A DNA stretch of 64,000 nt from Mobula hypostoma (lineage: Eukaryota): the NCBI RefSeq assembly GCF_963921235.1, contig NC_086118.1, forward strand, positions 17,858,001-17,922,000, written 5' to 3'. This document shows, piece by piece, positions 40,301 through 53,575 of the stretch. The position numbers and the translations under genes are program-made. The notes beneath the pieces were generated by a model. It made no database searches. It had not been told where the DNA came from and saw nothing but the letters and a program-made list of their open reading frames with translations. The first letter of the stretch is position 1, and the number at the start of each line of letters is the position of its first letter.

Positions 40301-43019
40301 GCACCTCTTCCTACAAATGCTGCTTGGCCTGCTGCGTTCACCAGCAACTTTGATGTGTGTTACCTTCATATTTCATCTTTTCTGTACTTATTGTTTTTTC
40401 AGTTGATTTCTGTTGGCTTTTAAAAGCTTCCCCATCCTCTAACTTCCTATTAATTTTTGGTATATTATATGCACTTCCTTTTCCTTTTATGCTGACTTTG
40501 ACTTCCCTTGTCAGGCATGGTTGCCTCATCCTCCTTTTAGAATACTTCTTATTTAGGATGTATCTATCCTGAGCCTTTTGAATTATACCCTGAATCTCCA
40601 GCCATTACTGTTCTGCCATCATCCCTGCTAGTGTCTCCATCCAATCAACTTTGGCTAGTTCCTCAGTTATGTGTCTGCAATTCCCTTTAATCCATTGTAA
40701 TACTGATACATCTGACTTTATCTTCTCCCTCTCAAACTGCAAGGTGAACTCTATCATATTATGGTCACTCTCTCCTAAGAATTCCTTTGACTTTAGCTCC
40801 CTAATCAAGTCTGGTTCATTACACGGCCACCGCCACCCTCCATAGTGGACACCCAGAAACTGCTCTGGTTGGCATTCTATAAATTCCATCTCTTGGGATT
40901 CAGCACAAACCTGATTTTCCCAATTTACCTGCATATTGAAATCCCCCATAGCTATCATAACATTGCCCTTTTTACATGCCTTTTCTATCTCCCATTGTAA
41001 TTGGTACCCCATATCCTGGCTACCATTTGGAGGACTGTATTTAACTCTCAGCAGGATCTTTTTACCTTTGCAGTTCCTTAGCTCTACCCACAAGAACTCT
41101 ACATCTTCCAATCCTGTGATACACTTTTCTAAGGATTTGATTTCATTTTATTCTATTAACAGGGCCACTCCACCCCCTCTGCCATGCTGTCTGCCCTTTC
41201 AGTACAAAGTGTATCCTTGGATTTTCAATTCCCAGCTGTGATTTTCTTTCAGCCACTTCTCAGTTATACCCGCAACATCATACCTGGCAATCTCTAACTG
41301 TGGTGCAAGATCATGCATATTCTGTATACTGCATGAACTCAAATAAAACACCATCACCCTCTTTGATTTTGCCCCTCATTATACTTCAGTTTATCCCACT
41401 GACTGCAATTTTGCCCTATCATCCTCACAGTCTCACTACACAATGCATCGTCTTGTATACCAAGTTCTCCACCCTCAGCCATATCACTCTGATTCCCATC
41501 CCCCTATGAAATTAGTTTAAACCCTCTCTACCAACTCTAGAAATCCTGACCACAAGGACATTGGTGCCTCTCGGGTCAGTTATAACCCATCCTTTTTGTA
41601 CAAGCCGTACCTTCCCCAGAAGAGATCACAGTGATCCAAAAATCTAAAAGCTTACCCCCTGCACCACACCCTCAGCCTCTCATTCATCTGTACTATCATT
41701 CTATTCCTGCCCTATCTAGCACAGGGTATTTGGAGTAATCCAGAGATTACTACCTTGGTGGTCCTGCCAACTCCCCTATACTCACTGCAAAGGACCTCTT
41801 CTTTCTTTCTACCTATGCAACTGGTGTCAATGTGCACGCAGCCTCTGGCTGTTCCCCCTGCCTCTTTAGAATCTTCTGCAACTGCTCTGAGACATCCTGA
41901 GTCCTGGTGTGTAGGAGGCACACACCTTCCTGACTTCTTTTTCACAACCACAGAATCGACTGGCTGTCCCCCTATTGTGTCTCCTATCACTATTGCTCTG
42001 CCTGAATTTACCCGTCCCCGCTGAGCCTCGGAGCCTGCCATGGTGCCACTGGCCTGGCGGCTGCTGCTGCTACTGTGACCTGACAGGTCATTCCCTCCCC
42101 CCACCCCCAACAGTGTTCAAAGGGGTATACTTGTTGCTGAGGGGAATGGCCTTAGGGAACCCTGCACTGCCTCCTTTCTCCCCTTACGTTTAAGGTTATG
42201 GCACATCTACTATCTGAAGCCTGTACTCTCTGTGTGACCACCTCAGTAAAAGTCTCATCCATGAGGTTTGCAACTTCCCAGATGGTCTTGAGTATATCTC
42301 GCTCCTGCTCCAGTTCCTGGGCATTGTTAATCAGGAGCTGAAGTTGGGTGCACTTCCTGCAGATGTCATCACCATGGAGACCATTATGTATGTCACAATC
42401 ACACAGCTTACAGGAGGAGCAATAAGCTTTGCCGCTGGACCACATTATGAATATAATTTTTTCCTGTTCTGCTGTTGCACCCCTGCCTAATCCAAAATCT
42501 AATTCTTGACATTGGTCCCTCATGCCACCTTGAACTATTTTTTCTAACTATTGACCCTACTCTTGATCAAGTATGTTTACCTAATTTTTACTTTCAGACA
42601 ATCCTAACATTCAACTCTGTACCCTCCCACAACTCACAGTATTTACATTCAAATGTACAAGACTTGCCCTCATTATTTTCTGGAAGGTACATAATGGGAA
42701 TAAATAATTAAGGTTGAAAATAGCAAGATGCATAACCATGAAATGCATCGGTATGTGGTCCCTCTGGTTTCACCTGCATTCCACCTTCCCATCTCCTCCA
42801 GTACCCATGCAATCTATGTACATGGAACACAGTGGAGGACACGTACCACACGTGATCAAAACATTCTACATTTGCTTAGCTTTGGAGGGAGTGGTCACCT
42901 TCCATGACAACACTGACTGGATCTGTCCTCATAGCAAGGAGCCCATTTGGAAAAATAAACATAAGATTAAAACAAATGCTTAGTTTGAGCATTTTCTGGG
43001 CATGGACCAAGTCTGAAGT

Positions 43020-43295
43020 CCCACAACAGCATATTCAAGTGCAACTACTTTACTTCAAACAATCAGTCCTTGGACTAACCTGCACAACCCTAGTCACAAC
43101 CTCAGTGTAATGACACTTTAGCCACTTTGCACTACAATGGACGTTGTTTATTTTTGGTCGTACATTTCTTGTAGAATTTCCTCCGCAAGTCCTGTCTGTG
43201 ATGTTGTGTGCCTTTGATACTGCTCCATATATGTTTTTCATTGCACCTGTGCATACACAAAGTTGTTCATATGGCAGTAAACTTGACTTGATGAC
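43020..43295 (+). mobile_element. Rex1/Babar-like 3' fragment
   Basis: Decayed C-terminus; ends AAACTTGACTTGA tandem tail. Confidence 0.5.
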
Positions 43296-43479
43296 ATGAA
43301 ACTCATAACAACCCACCAGGAGTTCTGTACACTTGAACTCATTCAGTTCCTAGAGCTACATTAGTTACTGACTTTGCGAGTTTACTGAAGGAACAAATTT
43401 AATTAAGTCAGAGTGAAGGGGCTGCCTAAATTGTTTATATCTGAGAGAATTTTCTGGCTTTATTGGCAGTAACTGTGAA

Positions 43480-44380
43480 GCAATACACTTTGGAAGATGA
43501 ACCTTGAATGGAGCATTCAGAGTTAATGGTTGGATTTTTAGTAGTGTGGAGGAACAGAGGGATTTTGGGGTCCATGTTCCCTAGATGCCTCAAAGTTACC
43601 ATACAAGTTGATAGCAGAAAATGCTGATGGAACACAGCAGGCCAGGCAGCATTTATAGGAAGAAGTACAGTCAACGTTTCGGGTCAAGACCCTTCGTCAG
43701 GACTAACAAAAAAAGGAGATAGTAAGAGGGTGGTTAAGGTGGCGAATAGTATGTTAGCCTTCATTAGTTGGGAGATTGAGTTCGAGATCCATGAGGGAAT
43801 GTTGCAGCTCTATAAAACTCCGGTTAGTCCACATTGGAATATTGTGTTCAGTTTTCTTCAGCTCGTTGTAGGTAGGAAGGATGCAGAAGCTTTAGAGTAG
43901 GTGCAGAGTAGCTTTACCACGGTGCTGCCTGGATTAGCAAGCATGTCTGAAGAGGAAAGATTGAAAGAGATGGAGCTTTTCTCTTTGGAGCAAAGGTAGA
44001 TGAGAGGTGACTCAATAGAACTGTATAAGATGATAAGAGGAATAAATCATGTAGATAGCTAACACCTTTTTTCTCAGAGTAAAATGGTTGATACGAGCGG
44101 GCACAGTTTTAAGTTGATTGAAGGAAAGTATGGTGGGGGGATGTCAAAGGTAGGGTTTTTACTCACAGTGTGGTAGATGCATGGAACGTACTGCCAGTGG
44201 TGGTAACAGAGGCAAATACATTAGGAATATTTAAGGGATTCTTAGATAGGTGCATGGATGAAAGAAAAATGGAGGCCTATGAGTGAGGGAAGCGTTAAGT
44301 TGGTCTTGGAGTAGGTTGAAAAGTGGCACAACATCATGGCTCAAAGGGTTTGTACTGTGGTGTACTATTCTTTGGTCTAT
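43480..44380 (+). mobile_element. CR1 LINE 3' fragment interrupted by a PLE tail
   Basis: GAACAGAGGGATTTTGGGGTCCATG, CTCTATAAAACTCCGGTTAGTCCACATTGGAATATTGTG and CR1 3' UTR. Confidence 0.85.
43669..43704 (-). ncRNA. Minimal type-I hammerhead ribozyme motif, intact
   Basis: Reverse complement AGTC-CTGACGA-A-GGGT(CTTG)ACCC-GAAAC-GTT-GACT; stem I AGUC/GACU; palindromic AACGUU. Confidence 0.85.
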
Positions 44381-44963
44381 GGAAGAACTGAGTTCTGCAG
44401 GCTGCTTCAAGTTTCAAGTTGACTAATCACGTGGAATAGTAGGATCCAAAAACATGCTGAGGCCTGTCTGATTTTATGACAGTTTTGGGATAATCTTGTG
44501 AGTCAATAAATCAGAGGTAATGATAGCTTTCAGGCAACTTCTGACCTTTTCCTTCTCAAGAAAGATGACCAAGTGACATGAGTCTCTGATACTCTGACAG
44601 ATAGTCATCATTTTCATGACCAATTTCAAATATTATTGAGTGTGAATTATCAGTTATCTTCGCAAGAGAGTCAGGGCCCTGGGCTATTGTAGGAATAAAT
44701 GTCCAATTGGAGTTCTGTATGAAAGATGTCTGTTTGGTATTTTAGATACGTGAATTTCTTCAGTTAAAGTGGATGTCTTCTATCAACTTTATTCAGGAGC
44801 TGACCACAAGCTGTTATGCTGTTTTCACTACGCAAGACTGGTAAATGCTAGATGAAAGCAGGATGGAATTTAGTTGCCAGCAGAATATGCTCACACATGA
44901 AGAACTTCCCAATTTCAATAGAGTAACGTATTCAACCTTTAACATAATATACAGGGGCAAATA

Positions 44964-46477
44964 CAGGTTGAGCACCCCTTACCTGAAAATCCAAAATCCA
45001 AAAACCTCTGAAACTGAAATTTTTTTGGGGTGCTGACATGACACCACAAATGGTAAAAGAAGCAGGTGACATTGGAATCAACATTTTAAAAAGTCATCCA
45101 GCACAGTGGCTGCTCATCTCGAGAGCATCTGCTTCCAGGTCCCTCAACTGTTTTTGATGTTCCCGGGCATAATGATGCCAATAATGATATACCCCCTCCC
45201 TTAAGTTTCTCAGTAGTTACGGTGCCTGGGACTACGTTTATCTTCTTTTGTAAGCAAAGATCATCACATTTTTTGGTGATTAAAAAACATTATATTTGCA
45301 TGAAATCTGAATTTCATGTTTAAGTGTAACATGACCAGCGTCATTATTGCATTAAGTTCAATTTATTGTCAGATTATGTTACCACGACGCTGAGATCCAT
45401 TTTGTTGCGATCATTTCAATGATGGGGGAAGTGAAGTTGACGGGTAGTAACCGTTCCTGAAACTGGTGGTGTGAGTCCTGCGGCTCCTGTACCTCCTTCC
45501 TGAAGGCAACAGAGAGAAGAGAGCATGCCCTGGGTGGTGGGGTCCCTGATGATGGATGCTGCTTTCCTGCGACAGCATTTTATGTGGATGTGCTCAAAGG
45601 TTGGGAGGGCTTTACCCGTGATGGACTGGGCCGTATCCACTACTTTTTGCGGGATTTTCCATTCAAGAGCATTGGTGCTTCCATACTAGGCCGTGATGCA
45701 GCCAGACAATATACTCTGTACTAAACATTTATATATGTTTCTCAAAGTTTTAAATGTCTCATCGAATCTTCACAAACTCAAAAGGAAGTAGAGCCACTAC
45801 CGTGCTTTCTTCTTAATAATAGTTTAAAAATAAAATGTTGACTTTTTTCATAGTTTTCATTACATATTAATTAAATTTAATCTTTTGTTTTTATATCTTA
45901 CATAAAACCTGAAAAAAAAGTAAAATGCAAACATAGTATACTGTAACATTTTAATCAAAACACCACATCATAGCTGGAGACTGAAAGTTTGATGTTGTTT
46001 GCTGTTGTTCAACATCTGATTCAGGTATTCTCCCGATGCTTTTGTGCTGCTTTTGTTACCCTGCACACATTAATATTTTCATTATCTTAATGGTATGGAA
46101 TATTTTTTATTGTTAAGAACATATGTGTGATGAACAAGTGTAAAACAAAGACTGCCTACCAGTAGCGCATAAATTCAGAGTTGGGAATGATGGCGTTACC
46201 AGACTGCCACTGATTGTCTACATGGGCAGCACAAGTAGTGATTGTTTACCTTTCTGGGTGGTTCAAAGTATACATTATTGTTTCATGCTCAAAATGATTA
46301 AAAATATTGTATAAAACTATCTTGAGAGTACATATATATGCTGTATATGTAACGTAAATGAATTTTGTGTTTAGACTTGGGTCCTATTCCTGAGCTATCT
46401 CATTGGATAACTGTAAATATTCCAAAATCTGAAGCAGTTCCGGCCCTGAGCATTTCGGATAAGTGGTGCTCAACCTG
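44964..46477. mobile_element. Tigger4/Zombi-like non-autonomous element with nested Rex1 fragment (~45355-45815, minus)
   Basis: TA TSD; TIRs CAGGTTGAGCACCCCTTACCTGAAA / TTTCGGATAAGTGGTGCTCAACCTG; nested ORF 45416-45640 is a Rex1 C-terminus. Confidence 0.9.
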
Positions 46478-47069
46478 TATATTGGAAAGTAAAGGTCTTC
46501 TTTCTCTAAAGGAATAATGAAGTTGAATATGTTCTCTTCGTTGCTTCATGTCTTCTGTGTTGCTGAAACCTTTTAAAGCTCGTTTTTGTGTCTCTTCAAA
46601 TCATATGTATAGCTGATAAATTTCTCTTTGCCTTTCTGATATTTAAACTGAGAATATTGTTGACTTGTAACTACCGCAAAATCCAGCTGTTAATCAACCT
46701 TCTAATTACTCAACCTAATAAAATTAAAACAAAAGCAGGAATATTGTTGACTCTATTGAAGATAAAATATATGCATGAGCTGATCAATTCATACCTTATC
46801 TGCAACCGAAGAATTCAGAATTCAAATTCACAGTTTAATGATGGAATTGAATTTCATATGATCATATTTTATTTTCGCTGAAAGGCTTTCCTATGTTCCT
46901 AATTCATTACTGTGAATTAGAGAGTTAACATACAGTGCACAATTTATTGGGTATCCAGGATACATGCTAGGAAAGTTCAACTCGAGGTTTTGAGTACAAG
47001 TGGAACGATGCCCTGCTACAGTTTGGTGACACCTGGAGTTTGCTCTCCTCACTAAAGAAAGAATATCGT

Positions 47070-48029
47070 GACCAGGCACCATGACCCGGAGAGTGAACCC
47101 AACCAGTCTCGCACAGACGGGGGAGGTGACCATCACACATCCCGGTTACCTACCTTAGTTCTCTCATAGATTTTCTTCTATTGAAATCAATGAAGACTTG
47201 CTTGGCCCAGCTCTAATATTGTAACTGTAAGGGGGAATCTCTGCAATTTCAGTCACACCTACTGGACACCATGTGTTGTACAGTAGCTGAGGGTGACCCA
47301 CAAATACACATGCAAATAATATTGTTGAGAATAACAGTATTATTATTGTTCTGGGGGGGGGGGCGCATGGTCGACAGCCTGCCCCTGCATTTCTAATGAC
47401 CAGTACTGTTTATTGGGATTATGGTGGGAAGTTCCAGTTCATTTATTGTTACATTTTAGCTTGGGTTATACAGTTATTCGCTTGTGTATTTGTGGGACAG
47501 CCGAACTGTAACTGGGGTGTGTGACGGTCACCTCCCCTGTCTGTGTGAGACTGGTTGGGTTCACTCTCTGGGTCCTGGTGCCTGGTCTGTTTTGTGTCTA
47601 TCACAATAAATCTGTTGTTGAGTTCAACAAGCTTTCTCGTCTGGACCAAATGCTCACCATAATATGTTTGTCAGAGAGGGAATTGTACGAAGATTCACCA
47701 GTCTGATTTTTGGAATGATAGGACAAGGGGAAACTGGGTTGACTGTGCCAATATTTACTAAGGTTTATAAGAATAAGTGGATTGTTGAAATGTAAGCAAT
47801 TCTGTCGGGCGTGATGTGCTGGATTGGCAGTCATTCACTAGGCTTGGTGCAGGTGAAGTATCTTTAGTATATTGTGGCCAAATGTTAATACCTACCATAG
47901 TTCTCTCATAGATTTTCCTCTATTGAAATCAATGAAGAATTGCTTGGCCCAGCTCTAATATTGTAACTGTAAGGGGGAATCTCTGCAATTTCAGTCACAC
48001 CTACTGGACACCATGACACCTACTGGACA
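47070..48029. repeat. Complex rearrangement: 80-bp inverted repeat, 127-bp direct duplication and possible solo LTR
   Basis: IR 47070-47149 / 47508-47587; direct repeat 47147-47273 / 47889-48015; 47274-~47665 starts TGTTG and has AATAAA near its end. Confidence 0.8.
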
Positions 48030-48133
48030 GTACCTGAGCCCAGTGAAAGAAACACTGAAGAAAGCTACCAACAGGTTCACATGTACATGGGAATCCCAAA
48101 ACTATGGTAGTAATATGGGGATAGACAAGTATT

Positions 48134-48938
48134 TCAATAGGTACATTTAATGTCAGAGAAATGTATACAATATCCTGAAATTCTCTTCTTCGCAAACATC
48201 CATGAAAACAGAGGAGTGCCCCAAAGAATGACTGACAGTTAAATGTTAGAGCCCCAAAACCCCCCCTCAGCTCCCCCCTGCCACTCACAAGCAGCAGCAA
48301 GGCGATGATCTCCCATCCCTCCCTCGCCAGCAAAAAAGCATTGGCACCCCCCACCGAATACTCAAGCGTGCAGCAAGGCATCAATAAAGACACAGACTTG
48401 TAGTATCCCAAAGACTACTCGTTCACCCGGTAATTCGACATACCACTGGCTCTCTCTCTCCCTAACAAGGGAGAAAGAGGTGTCCCCGTTTCACTGCGAG
48501 AGGGGAGACATAACAAACAGCTAGCTGATTTATGGTGTTAAAGGTCTATTGCATCGCTTTTTCTGAGCTCTGTGCCCAAAGAACTCGGGTCTCTGGGTGC
48601 AGAGCCCGCAGCAGCTAGCCCACTGCTTCTGATATTCCGTGTTCTCCTGTGACACCTCAGCCGGTGACAACAGCCTTGAATCTGCCCGTATTCAGAGCCA
48701 CAACAATCCGGCATCCGGAAGGCGCACCAGTCTTCCAGGCTGCATCCTTGTCATATCAAAAAGCGGCCAGTCGTGAGGCCCTGAGAGCAGGTCCCATTCT
48801 TGCAAAGAACCAAAGTCAAAAGTGTAACTCCAGGTCAGGGTCTTCAAAAAAACCCTGAAAGGGAAAAGAAGAGATATCAAAGATAGAAATAGAGCTGTTT
48901 CCGAAGATGCAAGCAAAGAAGTCGTCGTTAGCGCCATT
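48134..48938 (-). mobile_element. Non-autonomous retro-repeat with Rex1-like tail
   Basis: GC-richer non-coding block; end TTCAATAGGTACATTTAATGTCAGAG resembles Rex1-type tails; family from recall only. Confidence 0.45.
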
Positions 48939-49364
48939 ATGACTATACTATGCTCTGCTCTCCATACCAAACTGCTGATATTTCTTACAAAGTCTTGATG
49001 TTCAACCAGTCATTCTATTATTAGAGAAATAAATGTGTACGTCTGATTAGAGAGGACTAACCAGTATCTAATGCATCTGATCTGTGTGATTAAACAATTG
49101 GCTAAAGCTCACTGAGTATCCACTTGAACTAAGTATTAAGTGGCTCTGGTCAACTCTGAATCACAGCACAAACCAACACCATCAGGCAAGGAGTGAGCCG
49201 ATTGGAGAGCAACTGAAAGCTAAGACTTTGTAAAGGAGATTTCAATTACAAAGCTTTAATTGAAACAGATGTCAAGATTCTGATTTAGAGCATATATTTG
49301 TTCTGTACAGTGTGATTGTAATCTAAGTCAGTTTAAAATAACATTCGGCTGTACATGCTTTGGT

Positions 49365-50420
49365 TCAGATCAGAATCAAATTTAATATCATTGGCATATG
49401 TTGTGAAATATGTTGTTTTGCAGCAGCAAAATGGAGCGATACATAATAAAAACTATAAATTACAATAAGAAGTATAAATACATTTTTAATTAAATAGATA
49501 GTGTAAAAAGAGAGGGGAAAATAGTGAGGTAAAGCTCATGGGATCATTGTCTATTCAGAAATCTGATGGTGGAGGGGAAGTTCATCAAGGGATCATTGGT
49601 GTAAAGGCTGAGCTGTTTCAACATCTCTGAGGATCTATCCAGGGCCTAACATATTGATGTAATTACAAAGAAGGCACAGCAGCAGCTATATTTCATTAGG
49701 AGTTTGAGGAAAAGTGGTATATCACCAAAGGCACTCACAAGTTTCTACAGATGTACTGTAGAGAGCATGTTAACTGGTTACATCGCCATCTGTTATGGAG
49801 AGGCCACTGCACAGGATTGGAAAAAGCTGCAGAGAGATACAAACTCAGCCAGTCTCACTAGCATCCAGGATACCTTCTCAAGTCCATACCTCAAAAAGGG
49901 AACACTCGTCATTAAGTCCTTGTGTAGGCAGCAGTTGATTCTAGCCATGACCAACCTATCAAAGTACTTCATCACAGTTGATGTGACTGCCGTTGGGCAA
50001 AAATTATTGCGGCAACTCACCCTGCTCTTCTTTGGCACTGGTATGATTGCCAGACTTTTGGAGCAGGTGGGACTTCCAACTACAACAGCGAGAGATTGAA
50101 CATATCGTTGAACATCCAGCCAGTTGGTTGGCACAGATTTTCAGGACCTAACAACATGTTTTCAGAGTCTTACCAGGTACCTGATGCCTTGTGAGGTTTC
50201 ACCCTCTTGAAAGATGTCCTGACGTTGGCATCCATGACAGAGATCACAGGGCCACTGATGCTACAGGGATTTGCATAAATATACTTTTATTCTCTCTTTC
50301 AAAGCAAGCATACAAGTAATGGAGTTCATTTGGGAGTGAAGCATCACAGCCATTCATGATGCTAGGTTTTGCTTTGTAGGAAGCTGTGGTCTGCAAACCC
50401 TGCCGGGCTGACGTGCATCC
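49365..50420. mobile_element. Older Rex1/Babar fragments in mixed orientation; the minus copy resumes at 53837-53945 and 54551-54675
   Basis: ORFs 49704-50099 (+, FYRCTVESML) and 49793-50134 (-, IIPVPKK..VMKYFDRLV). Confidence 0.8.
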
Positions 50421-53400
50421 AGAATCAGAATCAGGTTTGTTATCACCAGCATGTGTTGTGAAATTTGTTAACTTAGCAGCAGCAGTACAATGCAATACAT
50501 AATACAGAAGAAGAGAAATAAACGAATAAAATGATAATAATGAATAAATAACTAAATCAATTACAGTATACATATATTGAATAGATTAAAAATAGTGGAA
50601 GAAGCAGAAATAATATATATTAAAAAAGTGAGGTAGTGTTCACAGGTTCAATGTCCATTTAGGAATTGGCTGGCAGAGGGAGAGAAGCTGTTACTGAATC
50701 GCTGAGTGTGTGTCTTCGGGCTTCTGTACCTCCTACCTGATGGTAACAGTGTGAAAAGAGCATGTCCTGGGTGTTGGAAGTCCTTAATAATGGACGCTGC
50801 CTTTCTGAGTCACTGCTCCTTGAAGATGTCTGGGGTACTTTGTACGCTAGTACCCAAGATGGAGCCGACTAAATTTACAATCCTCTGCAGCTTCTTGCAG
50901 TCCTGTGTAGTAGCCCCCCCCCCCTTTACAGACAGTGATGCAGCCCATCAGAATGTTCTCCATGATACATCTATAGAAGTTTTTGAGTGTATCAGTTGAT
51001 ATGCCAAATCTCTTCAAACTCCTAATGAAGTATAGTTGCTGACTTGCCTTCTTTATAATTGCAGCAATATGTTGGGACCAGGTTAGGTCCTCAGAGATCT
51101 TGACACCTAGGAACTTGAAACTGCTCATTCTCTCCTCTTCTGATCCCTCTATGAGGATTGTTGTGTGTTCCTTCGTCTTACCCTTCCTGAAGACTATAAT
51201 CAGCTCTTTCGTCTTACTGACGATGAGTGCCAGGTTGTTGCTGCAGCACCACTCCACTAGTTGGCATATCTCACTCCTGTACGCCTTCTTGTCTCCATCT
51301 GAGTTCTACCAACAATCGTCGTATTGTCAGCAAATTTATAGATGGTATTTGAGTTATGCCTAGCCACACAGTCATGGTTATAGAGAGAGTAGAGCAGTAG
51401 GCTAAACACACATCCCTGAGGTGCACCTGCGTTGATCGTTAGTGATATTATCACCAATCTGCACAGATTGTGGTCTTCTGGTTAGGAAATTGAAGATCCA
51501 ATTGCAGAGGGAGGTACAGAAGCCCAGGTTCTGTAACTTCTCAATTTGGATTGTGAGAATGATGGTGTTAAATTCTGAACTATAGCATATGAACAGCATC
51601 CTGACATAGGTGTTTGTATTGCCAAGGTGGTAAAGGCCGTGTGAAAAGCTATTGAAATTGCATCTGCCATTGACCTATTGTGACGATAGGCAAATTGCAA
51701 TGGGTCCAGGTCCTTGCTGAGGCAGGAGTTCAGTATAGTCAAGACCAGCCTCTCAAAGCATTTCAATACTGTAGATGTGACTGCTACCAGGCGATAATCA
51801 TTAAGGCAGCTCACATTATTCTTCTTAGGAATTGATATAGTTATTGCCTTTTTGAAGCAAATGTGAACTTCCACCCGTAGCAGTGAGAAATTGAAAATGT
51901 CCTTGAATACACTCGCTAGTTGGTTGGCACATGTTTTCACAGCCATACCAGGTACTCCATTGGGACCTTTCGCCTTGCGAGGGTTCACCCTCTTTAAGGA
52001 CAGCCTAACATCGGCCTCTGAGGCAGAGGTCACAGGGGCAACGGGTGCAGCAGGGATCTTCACATCTGTAGTTATATTCTCCCTTTCAAAGCGGCCATAG
52101 AAGGTGTTGGTTTCATCTGGTAGTGAAGCATTGCTTCCATTCGTGCTATTGGGTTTCGCTTTGAAGGGGGTAATGTCTTGCAAACCCTGCCAGAGTTGTT
52201 ATTCATCTGATGTCGCCTCCAACCTCATTCAAAATTGTCTCTTCGACCTTAAAATAGCCTTCCACAAATTATACCTGTTTTTTTGGTACAGACCTGGGTC
52301 ACCAGACTTAAATGCCACAGATCTAGCCTTCAGCAGACAACATGCTTCCTGGTTCATCCATGGCTTTTGGTTTTATGAATGTACAGTAAGTCTTTGTAGG
52401 CACACACTCATCCACATAGGTTTTAATGAAGTCAGTCACAACTGCAACATTTTCATTCAGATTCAAAGATGAATCCCTGAATACAGTCCAGTCCACCGAT
52501 TCAAAGCAGTCCTGTAAGCACTCCTGTGCTTCCCTTGTCCATACCTTCTTGGTCCTCACTACAGGTGCTGTAGTCTTCAGTCTCTGCCTATACTGAAGGA
52601 GTAGTACAGCCAGGTGATCAGACTTCCCAAAATTAGGGCATAGAATAGCATGATAGGCATTCTTGATGACTGTGTAACAGTGTGGTCTAGTGTGTTGTTT
52701 CCTCTGGTATTGCTTGGGATCTGTTGATGGTAATTGCCTGGTAATTCTTTTCAGACTAACCTGGTTAAAATCCCCCAAAATGATGGTGAAGGCATTAGGG
52801 TGTGCTGTTTTGTGCATGTTGATCCTGATCTAGAGCCTGATTGACATTGGCCTGAGGTGGAATATATACCGCTACCAAAATGATTCCAGAAATCTCCATG
52901 GTAGGTAAAATGGACGGCACATAACTGCTAGATATTCCAGGTCTGGTGAGCAGAATTGGGACAACACTGATATATTTGTGCACCAAGAAGAGTTGATCAT
53001 GAGGCATACTCCTCCACCTCTGCTTTTGAGAGTCTCTATAGATCTCTCCTGATGGTGTATAGTAAACTTGTTGATCTGAATCGCTGCATCTGCTACGGAA
53101 AGAGTTAACCAGGATTCTGTGAAACAAAGGACACACGTGGTCCTAATGTCCCTCTGATTCAGCACCCTAGCTCTGAGATCATGATTTTATTCACCAGAGA
53201 CTGCATGTTTGCCAACAAAATGGTCCGTATTGGGAGTTTAAAACCATTTTTCCTTTAACGCACTTGTATCCCTGACCTGCAGCCACGTTTCCTGCGTGGA
53301 ATCCGAGGAGGAATCCGTCCACAATCGGCATTGTGTCCACCAGTGTTAAGCAGAGATAGTTCATTTAAATGCAATAAGACATCTTGGTTGACTGTACTGA

Positions 53401-53575
53401 CCTTGGAAGTAGTTGTGCTTTTTAGCTGTATCAGGCTGAAATGAGAATATTTAATCGTATCCATTGAGAATTCTGCTGCCACACGAGTTGCCTCGAGGCG
53501 CCCCAGAAGTATATCTGATTCCGTCTAACCTTCATTGGAATTACTTGTTCTCCATTAAAGTTGCTTTCCATAGGC
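50421..53575 (-). mobile_element. Near full-length Rex1/Babar LINE (APE + RT), frameshifted
   Basis: CFTESWL, GGGVC, IILGDFN, SDH (APE); NDYRLVAVTS, LDPLQFAYR, GAPQGCV, KFADNTT (RT); AGAATCAGAATCAGG tandem tail at 50421. Confidence 0.93.

Larger units (their letters stand above)
37416..40359 (+). mobile_element. Penelope-like retroelement (Neptune-type), 5'-truncated, young
   Basis: 13-bp TSD TTACCTTCATATT (37403-37415 / 40360-40372); RT plus GIY-YIG ORF; hammerhead-bearing tail. Confidence 0.95.
35535..42420 (-). mobile_element. Near full-length decayed CR1 LINE, split by a PLE insertion
   Basis: ORF1 Cys motif (CSSC..CRKC) and SGNH-esterase remnants (AIVIGD, VVISGLL) at 41712-42523; APE (WVELRN, MGDFN, SDHN) at 40605-41111; RT (FDKVPHMR) at ~36600. 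Confidence 0.88.
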
